From assembly GCF_964204865.1 (NCBI RefSeq), contig NC_135257.1, positions 14,074,001-14,138,000 on the forward strand: a stretch of DNA of 64,000 nucleotides, in the 5' to 3' direction. This document shows positions 1 to 15,600 of this stretch, in pieces. The stretch comes from Styela clava. Lineage: Eukaryota. Each line of letters begins with the position of its first letter. Within the stretch, counting starts at the first letter, position 1. The notes below the pieces were generated by a model. That model was not told the origin of the DNA. It saw nothing but the letters and a program-made list of their open reading frames with translations, and did no database searches. A program made the position numbers and the translations under genes.

Positions 1-3000
1 TTGGGTTTGAGGATTGCATTGTAGAAAAATCGCCTGGATAAATCAAATTTAAATTTATAGTGTTCGGACGCTAGAAAACTGTTACTCCATTTTTATTAGA
101 AATTATTTCACAGTCCTGGAGGACCCGATTCTCCCGACGCCCCAAATTTATCGTGATTGCGCTTACTGCGCCACCACGTGGCACGACAATTGTGTTCACA
201 TATTTGAAAATTGGTTTAAATTGATATGTTTGTTATGTATATGTTATGTATATGTATTATTTGGTAGAACTGCAACAATAGAAGTATTTAATTATGCATT
301 TCTTTATTCATCTATCATGAAACTAAACATAAGTAAAGTAAAGTTATGTAAGCAATTAGCCAACCACTTGTTTGGGTGTTCTAATAATATATGTAATGAA
401 ATATTAACGAGTAAGTAACGAACCATATATATTTTATAATCTTTCAGTAAATTATTCTTCATGCGAATTACATCTATGGCGTATTAGAATTATCACTCCG
501 GGTTAAGCAATATATATCGAAATTTACCAGGACGATGTTGATTGAGAGTTTTACAATTTACCACTTTGCTTCGCACGTACTATAACTTTTCCATTTTTAA
601 CAAATTATCAACCAAATGTGCGATTTTCCAATTTACAAGAGTAGCAAATTGACATTCTGTGTCAAAAAATTTATATATTTACAATGTTTTATCATAAAAA
701 TAAGCCATTAATAATAACTCATTAGAGTCAAATATTTCAAGCTATCATTATGACAACATCAGATTATTATTCACAGTTTATTTTGAGAATTTTTGAAGTT
801 CTGTTTATCAACTTATATTTTACTTTTATTTTCTCGGAATTGGTTTTTCAAGAATATTTTGTGTTTCCTCACACTTGTATATCATTTAAGAATGATTATG
901 AATCACTTTCAACAATTTTATAATATAATATCAAAAAAGTCTTTTTTTCACTCAACGTTTAAATTAAAATTTGACTGAAATCACTATTTTTGATTAGTTT
1001 ACCCATATTTTTTGCTCAAAATAGATTATGTAATATGTCATCACCAATCAAAAATAAATATATATATATATATATATCTGATGTTTGAATGAAATAACTG
1101 CCCCATTGCCTCTGCTTTGCGTTATATGAACTGAACTGAAAGGATACTGTAGCAAGAATTAAAGGACTACATTGAGTAGTTCGAAAGTCTGGCATCACAA
1201 TTTAACAAATTTTATTCTGTAATCTTTCGTCTGACCGAAGTCTGACATTTAAAAAAATTGAACTCGTCAGATTGATATAATAATTTATTTGCTTGTCTGT
1301 GAAAGAAACTGTCTTTTATCACGTATAATTACAAAATGCAATTTTGTGAAAGTATAATGAAAGACTTTCGAACCACTTATTAAAACACAACTGAGTTGTC
1401 AGGTTGCTTTTATTTTTATTTTACTCAAAATCCCACATTATGTTAAAATGGTAACTGTGACACTTGGGTATTTTGTCAATTATGGTAATAATTAGAGCAT
1501 CCCTTCATCTCCACCATAATTTATACTGCATGTGGAAGGTCATTATGCCGAGTATTTTTGAACAAATGATTAATAGGACGGTTAAATAAATTTTAGAGTT
1601 ATAAATGCTAAAAACAAACTTATAAATAAGTATTGAACCGAAGTACTTTTAAAGAATATAGTTTTTTCGTTTGATTCTGAATTATATACGCATATATGTT
1701 TTGTTATTTTTTTTTATTAATTTATTAAGCATTCGCATCATGAAACTACTGTTAGTTTTATTTTTTTTTCTAAAGTTAATCAGGCATAATGAAGTAATCA
1801 AAATTTCTCATCCAATATCGTGAAGATGTCTTGGATTATTATGTCGTAATGTTATGATTTTGTTCCACATGATCAATATGACAAGTTAAGTTACGCCGTT
1901 TTTGTGCCAAGAATATGCGAGACAATCGATTTTCAATTAGGATTTCGTTTCGATTTTCAGTCTGAAATATTAAAACGTGATCAAGAATTAAATAATATCG
2001 CAATAAGCCAAGCGCAAGATGTGATTATTTTGAGCAAATCGAGTTTGAACAACATATTCATGATGCTATCGTAAAGACTTTGCCAAATTTCTATATAAAA
2101 CATTACGTAGTTATATTGACACTTTGGCATGCTATGTTGAAGACAGTTTGACACGCGATTGTGATGGCATACATTTGAAGAAATCTTTATTAAAATTCTT
2201 TGATCGGTTAAGTAGCGAGCGTTTCAGGGTCAGCATTTTAAAATTTAGTTGATGATGATTAACATACTGCAGCTTGTTTAGAAAAAAAAATCAAGACCAA
2301 GTTAAAATATTCAATGGCGTGGCAATGTGAAGGAAAAATCAGTACAGATTGTAGCAGTTTGAGAAGACTGTATTTATTTTTATCTTTATACAATTGAAAC
2401 ATTGAAACAGCTCTTTAGGGTAGAAAGTAATAGACAAAATACTAACGGTATTTATATTTCCACATAACCATAAAATAAAAAATTAAAATTTGGGCTTCGA
2501 GACAATGTTGAATGATAAACAATGATCTGTGTAGCGCAAACGTAGGAAGCAAGCCCTCTCAATGATTCTATCACAATTCATTCTTACGTTCATTCACAAG
2601 TTCTTTACGTTAGTAGCTTTGCTTTCGACTTGGCCCTCAACACCTGGCGAGTCCCAAGTTTGTTGTGAATATGTTGGTGATGCAGAAGAGCCGGTAAATG
2701 ACGACACACACCGTGATGTCTGATCGACAAAACAATTGACTGGCGTGGTATTTTAAATTTGGTGATACATTACGTTCACAGTATTATTCAGGAAAGTACG
2801 TTATGACAAACCGTCGATTGAATGACAGGCAGGCACAGGCAATGAGTCAGTTATACTTGTATTTGCTATCGGTAGAGAAGCATTGTATAAGTGCTCCGCC
2901 AACGTGTTTTCAATAGATAGAATGTTCAGAATATCCAACGAAAACTCTGTTTGGCTTTCTTGATAGCAGGACGAATTATGACGATCCCAGAAGTGCATGT

Positions 3001-3084
3001 ACCAATATGGAGGTGAATAATTTTGTTCGCCTACTTTACATCAAGCTGTGTGAAGGGACTGAAGCCTATAGGCAGGGGGTATAT

Positions 3085-3195
3085 TCACTTGGCTAACACA
3101 GACAATCCCCGAACTCCAATAGAACTAAAATAAGGAAAATCGGAATAAAATTATGGCCCAACCCTAACCTGGTACACACACTACGGGAGTACCCA
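3085..3195. mobile_element. Partial (right-half) copy of the TTAGGG-containing foldback MITE family
   Basis: CACTTGGC...AATAGAACTAAAATAAGGAAAAT...TTATGGCCCAACCCTAACCTGGTACACA...CTACGGGAGTACCC matches the copies at 5186 and 15944. Confidence 0.7.
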
Positions 3196-3693
3196 AATTT
3201 TTAATATTAAATTGTCAAATTTGAGGAAACAGAGCGCTTTGCCTCCGGTATTTTCTCGGTCAAGGCCAGGGAGAAAGTCAGTGTCAGCAGCCTATGGCAG
3301 AGATAACGTTTTGAATAGTTAACTCTTAGTGGAACCTAGGTCCGCCAATTCACCCTGGCATTCGTATAAATTTACTAGACTCTGGTGATGACGGTTTTTA
3401 AACTCAATGAAGATACCGTCATTTAGGTTGCTGATAGTACAATTAATGTTTAGGAGAAAAGCTGTGACATATCTCATAAAAACTAAATAGTGGATGTCCA
3501 ACATTTTAGAGTTGAACGAAAATAATAGATATGTTTAGATCATTTATTTTATAAAATTAATTTTTTTTAATATTACCAAAGTTTTGTTTGCATGCAACGA
3601 GGTTTCAATTAACCTAGTATTTAAAAATTGCAGAGCACAAATATATGGATATATTAAAACTAGAAAACATTGGAATTGTAGAAAAATAAAAAA

Positions 3694-6600
3694 ATGACGA
3701 GCACTTTATTAATATTCGGTGCCTTTGCTGTGTTTATAACCACTGTATTCTGCAACAACACGTCTCAAACCAACGTTATTGTTCAGTAAGTATAGTAGTA
3801 ATTATTTCACATTTTACGCAAAAACATTGTCAAAACATAGCAGCAAAGTTAATCGCATTTTATAGTAATTGCTGATATTTTTGGAGAAAATACAGGTAGT
3901 GCTCTCGGGGGTTTGATAGACACCTTTTAACGCTAATCAGTCTTTCCTGTTGAAGTAAAATAAAATTTCCAAGTAAATTTATTATATTTGGATGTAACTT
4001 CTATTCATATATATAGTAAACTGTAATCCCAGAAGCTTGGTCGCCAGTCACCTATTTAAAGACAAAATATGGACGCTTTCTATACGATGTCTGTATTGAA
4101 AATATTAATATTAATTCTAACTAAAATCCTCTAGTTATGCGATTTTGCAAAAGGTTTTATTCATGAAATATGACTCTATTTACTGAAAAATTAAATTAAT
4201 TTTCCGTTTGTTTACAACACTATGCATTAATTGAAATTATTCGTGGTAACCTGGTTACTAAATTAATCACTTTTAATGATTTATTCAAATTATTGAATAC
4301 AGGTGGAGTACAGACGTGAATGAAAGCTCAATTGTGGGCTCCCTTACAGACACTGTTAAAAAATCCAGTCGTTCAAATATAGAAAACGCTGTAGTTCTAA
4401 CAAGTGAGTGACATTTTGCAGTTATTCCAACTTGAAATTTTTTTTGGTATATTCTATATTAGTATGTAATTTGACATCATTTGTGTTTTAAAGTATTGGC
4501 CAATAAATCCATGTGATGTTTTTAAAACAACAGCCAGCTTTTATTATTAAACTTCAAATTTTAAAATACACATACTTGAATTATAAAGCATTCAGAGTAA
4601 TCAATCAACCTATCGAAAGTCAGATTTACATTACTTAGAAATGCTCATATCTAATTACTATTGTGTAAAAACTTGAATGTTGATTTCAACAAAACTATTA
4701 ACTAGCTCCATAACCAGAATAATTCGAAAGTTCGCAATCATAATAAAAAAAAAATGGAAATCAAAAAAGAATACATGTCGATTCAGAAAAATTTGTAGAC
4801 CAATCAGTAATCTTTCGCAGTTCATATATAGTTGCCAAAATTTCTGATATACGAGCATTTTGTTTATTCATGATTTGACTTGCCTTGAGTATTTACTACC
4901 GATAAAAATTAAATAACCTAAAATGATTTAAATATAAGCACTTTTTATCTATTTTCACTACTGTAATTCAAAGGCACAAGTTTTGTAATGAATCACTTAC
5001 ACTTTCATAAATACTAAAGCAAAATTCGAGTTCATACTAAATTCTATTGAAAAAGGGGATAAACTTATATTCCAATACTTTAGAAATTATTTGATTTTTA
5101 CCACTACCAAATTTAATCCGGAATTTCAATTCACAATGATATTATTTTATTGGGTGATTTTCAAATATTGAGGAATGAAAATTTTGGGTGCTCCCGAAGT
5201 ATGCGAACCAAGATGGCGCACATCGGAACGTAACATGGGTAACAGGTTAGGGTTAGGCGCTAATTTCTTTCCAATTTTTCTTATTTTAGTCCTATTATCA
5301 GTTCGAAGACTAGCCAAGAGCCTCCCGTAGTATTTATACCTAAAATTATGGCCTAACCCTAACCTAGTACACATATTACATTCCGATGTCCGCCATCTTG
5401 GTTCGCATACTTCGGGAGCCCCAAATTTTGCATAGATATCCCAAACGATCAAATGCCTCAATGACGTAAGCGGATATATTGAGAGTTTCCGGCCCATACG
5501 GTGGTGATATTAATCATGGCTTCTACTCCATGACTTCAGTGGTTGATTGAATCAGGAAATTTGTCAACTGCCAAAGATATTCGCTTTTTGTATGCATTTA
5601 ATATCTTCATATTTTGAATCGCTTTGCTGGTTTAACAGTAGATGTTTGGCCATATAGATAGTGAAGACCACTACTAACGCCGAAATGATTGTCATTTTTT
5701 TTAATTTACAAAATTTATATTGTATTTGGAATTTCTGATGATAATATTAATAATTTCTCGTTTTGGCTACCATTATTCCAGACTTGTTCACAGCGGGTTG
5801 ACGTAGCAGGTTACCTCCGAAGTTTTTATATACAAGACATGCTTTCAGTCGTGTACCGTCATTTTATGCGATTCATAGCATGCTACGACCTACAGGAAGG
5901 AATTTAATAATTAATCAATGACTCATAATTAGGAGATAATCTAATTTAGCAACGCTCGTAGACTCTTTGTCTAAGCTTTTTTTTCCGAATTTTAAGAATT
6001 TATAAATGGCGTGTTGAACTCTAATATAAATTAGAGGTGCTCCCGAAGTAGGTGCGCCATCTTGGTACACATACTTCGGAAGCTCCAAATTTTCCAAACT
6101 GACCTAAACTCACTTCGGGTACTTAAATATAATGGCTGCTGGTCATTTATGAAATCTCCGAGATTTTAGTTAGCTCATGAACTTTGCAATAATCCATATC
6201 CCTAATAATGTTCGCCCAAATCAATTTAAAGCGAGAACTTTGATTTTTTTTTATCTTATAGGAATATGAAATATCAGAACAGAAAATTGACAACATTGCC
6301 GATACTAGTGATAAGCCATCAAATGCAATTTACCGCATCGTTTTTTTTTAAACATTTACAACGCAAATAGTCCTCAGGATGAATAATGTTTTATACCTTG
6401 CGCGAAAATATCGAGTTAAAATTTAAATATTCCACTCTAAATCTGAAAATTACACCCAGTATTAATGTAAGAATTATTGTCACTAGCGTTCAATTATGCT
6501 AACGTTCAATTCCAACCACAGTAAATAGGACTATTGCAATATTATATAAGACAGTACTGTATCATGTGTACGACATATGACTTCCGTAAATACATTCTAT

Positions 6601-9600
6601 TGATCTAATACACAATTCAAACGCATAAGTTGAATAGCAAATCTCACACAAATACTGATTTTTTTTATTAAATTTTTACAATATAAATTGTACATCTCGA
6701 ATGCATATTCAATGGCGCATTAAGTCGACAAAATGCCTATTTACCAACACAAAAACAGATTTCTTTCAAACAAAAAAAAGTTTAAAATTATTTTTTCCCA
6801 ACGCTCACCTCTTTTTCAAAATTTAATAACACATCTATTGTTTTCATCATGATAAGGGTACTTCCACAATATGTTGATAATATGAAATTTAAAAATTTCC
6901 AGGAGAACAAGAAAATGAAATTGTCAAAAGACATAACCACTTAAGAACTATCGTTCGACCAACTGCTAAAAAAATGAGAAAGATGACTTGGGATGATGAA
7001 TTAGCTACCATTGCAACTAGATATTCAAGAAAATGCATTTATGAGCATAACAAGGTTTGTTGACATCGGTTACAATGTTTTGTAATTAAATCATTAGAAA
7101 CTCACGTCTGTGACTATAATATTAGTTCTTCGTTGTCATTATTTAAAATAACACTTTAGAAAATTTCTAATATAATTAAATATAAAGGCAAGTGTAACTT
7201 AGAAATTGATCTTATTTCAACTTATATATTACTTACTCGAAACTAATCCACAAAACTTGAAAAATTTCCGCCGGAAACGAAAACTCATTTAAAAGTACTT
7301 AAGAAGGTACATTTATTGTATACTAATTGTTGGAATTTTAAGTTTTTAATTAATTTTAGCCAATAAATAAAACAAAAAAACGTAAAATGTGCAACCATTT
7401 TTGAATCATATAATATAATATATTATTTGTAACTAATTTTTCACTTCCCAAAACCGAAAGATATTATGCATTGCATGTATTTATCGTTATGATTTGATCG
7501 TCGTCTCTATTGCCATAGTAAAATGACACGGAAGTCTGTAACAGAATTTAGAATACATTACGTATTTTGTATAAAATATCTCAAGTGCAATATTTTCCTG
7601 CAATAATGTTTTTTTTGCAAAGGTCAAGTATTCATTACATATACATGATGTAATAAATAAATTATCCGCCGGTTTCTCGTGCCAACCTAATTTTTATTTG
7701 ATTGAATCAAAAATACATCGAATCGTAAAGATTATTTCAAATACAATATTTTTGTGACTTCTTAGGCAAAGCTGTCTTTATAGTAGAATATTTATTGTAT
7801 TTATTGTTTTTCAATTAATTTATAAAAAGCAACGAAAACATTCGAGATTTGAATACATTGGAGAAAACCTTTATATATCTACCGGAATACTAATGGACAC
7901 AAATCTTGTGACAAACGCGGTATCGGCGTGGGACAATGAAAAAGTGGATTATGATTATGAATCGCGAACATGTAAACCAGGGAAAAAGTGTGGTCATTAC
8001 ACACAGGTAAATATTACCGAACTTGTTATCAATTTCATCCATGGTTAGTTAGGCTTTAATAGTATTCAAATCTTTTCAGACTGCTTGGGACGATACGTTT
8101 AAAGTAGGTTGTGGTGTTACAATTTGTAAAAAAGTTGAAGTGAATGGAAGGATTTGGAAAAGCGCAACTCTTTTTAATTGCAATTATGGACCCGGTGGAA
8201 ATTACCCCAGGTAAGAAGATGTTGAATCATTTAATAAACTTACTGAGTAATTTTGATATGTGTGGAATCATCGCAATGAGAGATATATAGATTAGAGTCG
8301 ACGGTATATCGAAAATGTTGTGTTCCTCTTGTCCCGCGTGTCCCACGTGTCGCACTTGTGGGACACGTGGGACACGGCATTTTTGAGACACCCGAGATGA
8401 GATATATATTTAGTAAAAGAAGTAATTTTATTTTGAACCACAACTAAACTTCTGAAATATTCAATTCTCAATTAAACGATCATAATTCAAAAAGTTTCAA
8501 AATTACATTAAAATTTTTTGTGAATGAAAGCAGGCGCAAAGATGACTCGTCTGTTTGAATTTAATGTTTCCACGATTTGAGGTATTTTAAAATCGAGTCA
8601 AGAAAGAGTGTTTACGGTCATAGAAAGTTATAGGCGTTGTTATCATTTCTTTTTAGCATATTCTAGAAATGCGTCCCAAGGTTTTTTTTCGAGGGTAATT
8701 GAACCCTACGTAGAAAATTATTTTGACTATTTTCTAACATTACTAACAGGCCTGAAATACAATTACTAGCACTGAAATACCAAAAATTACAAGATGTCAC
8801 AACCATGACGTACGCTAGAAAAATATTTAATAAAGTTTTATGTTATGTATGTATGTAAGTTTCAACATATTGAGACAGTTTTAGCTCTTCGTTCCCAAAT
8901 AGATTTGCGTGTGATTTTTGATTATAATTCGGTAACAGGATTCATTGTTCAAGGATGGTTGTCATCTGTAAGAACATATTTTCCGCCGTCTTATATAAAT
9001 GAAACTGGGAAAAAAATTGTCGTTGACTAATAGTTTTGGATATAAAAGAAAAGCTTTGAAGTGTGTTATGCAATTCATAATCTGTATTCATATCATAAGT
9101 GTAAAACCATCACAAAAACTAGAAAAATATAAATCTATACTTCAATTATTTAGTTATAGATTTCGGTTTATAGATATAGCACGCTTGATTCGTTAAACGG
9201 CATCTAAGAAAATCTATTACATGTGGTAGGTAGTTGATGTCAGATTGAAATGCGATTGGATGAATGATTCATGAAACCAAAATCAAGATGCTCTATTATT
9301 CAATGATAATTTTCGCCACATGAACATACACAGCAATCCTATATTAATATAATACCTCCACAATAAAATAATTGGGTGATTAAACATTAGAAAAAACTCA
9401 CTATAGTTCATTATCATTAATTTAAACCAGTCATGAAAAAAATATTTTTACATAGTCAAAAAAGTAGGCCTACTTGATTAGAGAATTCCTAGGAATTTAA
9501 ATTGAAGTTCCAATTATAAATACGTTTTCATCGCACGTAATGGCATCCTTGAATATGTTTACCAAGATTGCATTCAATCTACATGTCATATTATTGGACA

Positions 9601-12600
9601 CGTACATATGGATCGATTTGCCAAATTGTTGTTGTTGATGAAATGACATATGTTGAGAAAGTATTCTTTTCTCCGAAACTATTTCCAATACTAAAAGATG
9701 GTTGACACGGTCAGCAGATTATTACTTTTATATTTATTGTAAGTCTCATAAAGCTCGATGTTTCACCCAAAATTTCGATATTTCCGAGAATATTGAGCCA
9801 CCACGTGGCAGTGCCGTGGCGTTAGACTAGCCCGACATATTTCCTATAAGCCGGCTGCTCAGTTCACTACCTGCGATCTTACCCTTACCCACATGAATTG
9901 CTATACACCTGCGTAACTGAATTCGCAATTTTGATTTGAATGATCTGATAACGAGTTTTTGTGAATGTCAGGTGGACTACGGTAACCGCGGTTAGTCATT
10001 TGATACATCATTTGACTTTATTAAAAATTCTGCTGTAAAATGTCATCCAGAATGAAAATTGCAAATGTAGAAAAAGTACTTTTATGGGTGCTCTCATACT
10101 ATGTGTACCAAGATGGCGCACAACCTGAACATAGTATATGAACCAAGTTAGGGTTATCAGGTTGTGCGCCATCTTGGTACACAAACTACTGGAGAGCCTA
10201 AATAAAAACCCCAAAATTAGCTTCAACGAGGAAATATAATTGGGAATATTAGCCATTACTGTTTTTAACAGCTAATATTGTAAAATCCTAGATGATATAA
10301 AGAGATAATTCATCCAAGCCTTCCAAAATAATGCTTTTCATTTGATTTGATAAAATTGATTTAGTCAATAAGGAAATTATCTAGACATCCGACAGACCTA
10401 GTACGTAATCAAGTATGCCACCGAGTGTTTCAGATGTATACTAAACTTGTACGCGAGTGCATTGCTTCGTTTAACCATTACGCGGATGCAACATTAAACA
10501 ATATGATTTTTATGAAAATACGCGTAAATGTCAAGCAACAAGAGATCGTTATCAAAAGAGCAAAACCAGTTTGAAGCGCTGAACTGGATATACGACATGT
10601 AACTTTTATTTAAATGCAAAAATAAATTTAAAATCACGATTTTGTTTAAAGAAACAAAAAGATCACAGGAATTTATTCCTAATAAATACATTTGTAATTA
10701 TAAATATAAGTAATATATTCCAGAATAAAATTACATCTTAGTGTCAATCATACACCATTGCTTTAAGCTTAAAAAAGTTTTCGTCGTTATCGATATATCA
10801 GTCTTGGTCTAAATTTTAGTCGTCAATATTTTAAATGGAATTATCTATAAACTATCCATGATTTACACAAACAGTCCACAGTGCTGAAGTGTTGAAAATT
10901 TTTTTTAAACTACATTCCTTCATCTGCAGGCATCCTTTTGCTGCTGGACGTTCGTGCACTGATTGTGATAAAGGCGATGTATGTGAAGATAATCTATGTA
11001 CAAACACGATTAGAGATCAAGACAGCGATGGTAAAAAATTGGTATAATATATTTCTTATGAGGCTCTTTACACCTTTCCCCCAATCACGACAAGAGTGGA
11101 TTTTGCTGTGCCAAACAGTTGTCCTGAATCAATTATCGAAGTCTGATGGAATATCTTAAGCTAAGATATATCTTTTGTTTCTAATTTTCGGTGTTCTATA
11201 TCTTTCTCAGGATCTAGTGCTTCCTGGAATGAATGGTCTTCATGGTCAAAATGTTCCAAAACCTGCATTGGTGGTATGGCGACAAGAGAGCGGACTTGCA
11301 ATACGTTTGTTGCGGGAGATTGTGAAGGAGCTGCAAGAGAAATGACCTATTCGTGCTCTCAAAATTTGTGCGGGTTAGGACCAAAATGGCCAAGCGGAAA
11401 TGACGATCGTAAGTTGAGCATTTTTACTTCAACTTTTATTCACTCGCGTTTGAATACAGAAGCTTGGGCGTTCCCCCGTCGTTTAAAAATCTTGTTAAAA
11501 CGATTAGATGTAATATTGAACTAAGTAAACTCAAGCTGTAACTTCGAGAAACTCTATTTTAATATTTAATATCGTACGCTGGTGTAAGAGTTCTATAATT
11601 CTGGTAAATCAAACAAAATTACCTCACTTTGGTCAGAACTCGTGAAGAATATACGTAAGACCATCTTCGTGTATCATAAAAATTACGAATTCTAAACCAA
11701 TATAAACATGCGGAAGGTAAAATAAAACGTTACTTTGAATAGCAGAAAAAAGTTTAGCATGACGTCGCTTATTCTCGCTCATATTCCAAGATAGAATTAT
11801 TATTTGACCTTGATGTTTATTATTCTTACCTTCCGCTGACAGTTTAAAGTAAAAGGGCAAAAAGGCTTTAATGTTGATACATAAACTTTATTTCAGATTG
11901 GAATTCTGATAAGAAAAATTTTATAACTAGGTTATTGTTACAGAGTTTTTGCCTTGGGGAGGATGGAGTGAATGCTCTACAACTTGTGGTGTCGGATTAA
12001 TGGTAAGAACCAGAAAATGCAAAAACCCAAGATCCTGTAATGGTATAAACAAGCTCTCACAAACTTGCCACCAAGAAACATGTCCTGGTATGTTTTTTAA
12101 TACGTTTGTCGTCATTTTATGAAAATACTGAAAATTAGAGTAAAACAGAAAAAAGTGAAGATGTATTTATTTTCAGGCTTTTTATAAATAAGATTGAATA
12201 TTTTTAATTCCAGGCACCATTAGGTGCTATGCATAAACCATTGGACTAGGAAAATTATTCACATATGACCGTTGTCCGCTGCACTTTTTACAATGTATAC
12301 GAATTGTCTTCAACCCATCTGTTGGGCATAATTTGAACTGGCCTTATTCGTCAATTCATCATTGTCACGCATTCTATTTTAAAACGAGACAGGAAATCCC
12401 TAATATGGACAACCGTTTGACATTTTCTGATTATGTCATTCTTGGAGGAAACAAGATCAGAGTCTGATTTAATTGGCGATTAATCATTGCGAATATAGAT
12501 TACCTAATTTTTGAAATTTAGTATACGTTGATATTATTAGTGATAATGGAATGAATCAAATTGTAACAGCAGGAACGACTCCGATAACGCTTTTACACTA

Positions 12601-15600
12601 AATAAGCAAATTATTGCTTTTGTGTTTGTCAGCATTACATATGGTCAGCTACACAGACCAAGGAATTAATAGTGTTGTGATGACAAACATGCGTGACGCC
12701 TTTTGTGAAATTTAAAACTAATCTCATTTGCAGTAGTTTATATTAAAAAATCATGAGGACTGTTCTATCGATAATGTATATTATTGCCAATTAATAAGAT
12801 GCATTATTTTTTAAGTTGAGCATTCAGAAATATGATATACATATATAAATATATATATAACAATAATAAATATGATAATAGAACGTAAGGACCGCAATGT
12901 CGTTCCGATCAAATACACCTTTTGTTCTTTTTGCAATATTTGATAATTGAAAATTTAAGTGTGAATTTAATTCGCCAGCCACTACTTGTTTTTTACACGT
13001 TCATCGTCGATAAAATTTTAAATATATAATTAATTTAAAAGCTCCGGGAAGTGGATGGACGCAATGGAGTCGTTGGCAGGGTTGTTCTGTTACTTGCGGA
13101 AAAGGAGTTCAAAAGAAGAAAAGATCTTGTAGCGCAGGATCCCGGTGTCCAGGAAGGAAGGAACAAACGAGATCATGTGCTCCGGGTCCTTGTAAAACCG
13201 GTAAATATGGATTCATTTATAATAATAATAATAAAACATTGTCATCGTCGAAGTATTCTCTGCACGTGTAATATTTAATTTTTGCTGTTTTTTAGGAATA
13301 AGAACGGAGATTAGTAAAAACTTTGAGCATATGCTTGTAATATATTATGGAATATTTTCCGTTATTTTTAAGTTTCAACCAGTTGAAGTTTCCCCGTTAG
13401 GCTCAGTCTCTTCTAAACTTAGAAATATGTTGAGACATATAGCTTTAACCATAATGTTTGGACGTTTGAGCAGTCACAATTTTATTGTACCAAAAGTGCC
13501 AAACCCATAGGACACAGAGCTCAAATGTACAATCTGTTTGTTAATTTTAATCCCCCGATGGATGACCTCATATACGTCAAATATATTCAAAAACGTGCTA
13601 TGATGTCGAGCAAAGTTTAAAATTTATAAACATCTGGTGTTTTTAAAAGGGCATCTCGATTTTATTTGATGTAGAACTAATTAAAACCCGCGTGAGTCAA
13701 ATATCGTCTAAGATTTAATCTGGAAAATATAATTATTGGTATATAACATTTGATTCCGATATAAATCGTGAATAATTTATACTTTCTATGTACTTTCTAG
13801 TTTTGCAACCTGGAGACTCAATCACGGTTTGCTTAATACCTTAAGACCTAGATAAGCTTGAGTCATCGTTTGTTTCGCCTTTTTGACCATAATTATTATT
13901 ATTTTGTTTTGCAATTCCTGGAAAGCGCTGTGAAATCGGTAAATACTAAACAGATTATATTTTGTGGGTTTTAAAAGACTATTTTTTACGTATATAAATT
14001 CATAATTGTTCATTTAAATGATTTAAATTTGAGATTTGAATCTAAAATTACTTCAGCTCTGATTTGACGAATTTGATTCCTTATATAGTGAGATTATTCG
14101 AATAGATTTAAATCTTGAATTTCATAACATTTTTTAGCTAATCTGAATGGTTTAGAATATATAATAGCTCATATCTACCTACTGACCACACCTATTGTTA
14201 ATATAAAGTATCGAAATAACAGTATCAAAGTGATCTCTCAATTATACAATATATATGGTTTGGGTTTTAATAAAAATAAAAATTAAAAAGAGAAATTCTC
14301 TAAAACAATTTCTCGCAATTTTTATTTTTTTGTTGTACTCGTTAATCGAGTTCAAAATGATATTTTTGCAAAGTCAGAAATTTTGAGGAAATAAAAAAAT
14401 AACCTAATAATCTTATATTTTAGAAAAACGACTTGGTTTTAATTCCTTGTTTTTTGTTCGTAAGCTATATATTGTTATTATGAACTATCAGCATTTTTTG
14501 TAAATTTGATCTTATCATTCGATTACAATCTTTTTTATCTTGAGAAAGGGATATATCTAAATGCATAAGCTGCACCGTAAACTGTTGTAAGTAATTAAAG
14601 CAAAAGTGCGAAAAATAATATGCTGACAAAATAAATAAGTTCCTTTGCTGATGTTACAAATACTCATGACACAAACGACATTCTCCATTTGAAAAATTGG
14701 GAAATTAAAACAAACTAACTTGGGCCACCTATGGTTATGACACTTCAAACTGAGGCATTATTTGTCTATTTTAATAATAAGAAGCACGACTGAACAAAAA
14801 TTATTCAAAAGCTAACCTTACACACCCGAAAAAACACTAAAATTGACATTGAAATAAGAAATAGAACTAAAGTTCCGGAATCATTGTTTTCTTTCACGTT
14901 TAGTATTGGAGGATGTATTAAGTATAACACACAATTAATTGTATCCCCCACATTGTATCACTAACATCTAGTAAAGTTCAATAGGAATGAAATTAATAAC
15001 AATATTTTGCGTGTTCAAGTTGCCAGATGGTCTGATTGGTCAGAATGGAGTGTTTGTTCTAAGACATGTGGTGGAGGATCAACAACAAAAACTAGAAGAT
15101 GCCTAACTGGAAGAAATTGTGAAGGAGCAACTGAAACAACGGATGTATGCAACACCAACAGATGCCCGGGTGAGTGATCATACATCTAACTTATAAATCA
15201 AGGAATTTACTATCCAAATCTTCAATAAGTGGGCTGCAACATCTTAATGGAAGTGATATAAAAACTAAAAATTGTGATAAATGAAACAGTTTAACTTAAG
15301 TGTAGGTTCGTGAGAAACACATATATATTTCCACATAAGCGAAATGTCCCAACTTTTCCTCTGCAGTTATGATGGTTGTAACTTTGACTTTTTATATCGA
15401 CGCAAAATCAATCTATACTTGCTTATTGGTGTTATTTGTTTGATTGACGTTTAATTAAATCAGAATCATTATTAATGTTACGTTTTATTTTTGTCCACGA
15501 CGTGGGTTGTAATAACAACGTACTGATAAAACTGGAAATAATTTGTAAAATCAAAGTTTTTTACAGTGATAGCTTACATATTTAGTTAAAATGTTTTCAA

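Noticed and set aside
5246-5368. TTAGGG/CCCTAA motifs as an interstitial telomere or fusion site
   Set aside because: Only about two units per arm, and they recur inside a dispersed MITE family.
5147-5497. 116 aa ORF, and the related 159 aa ORF at 16011-16490
   Set aside because: Chance frames through the palindromic MITE.
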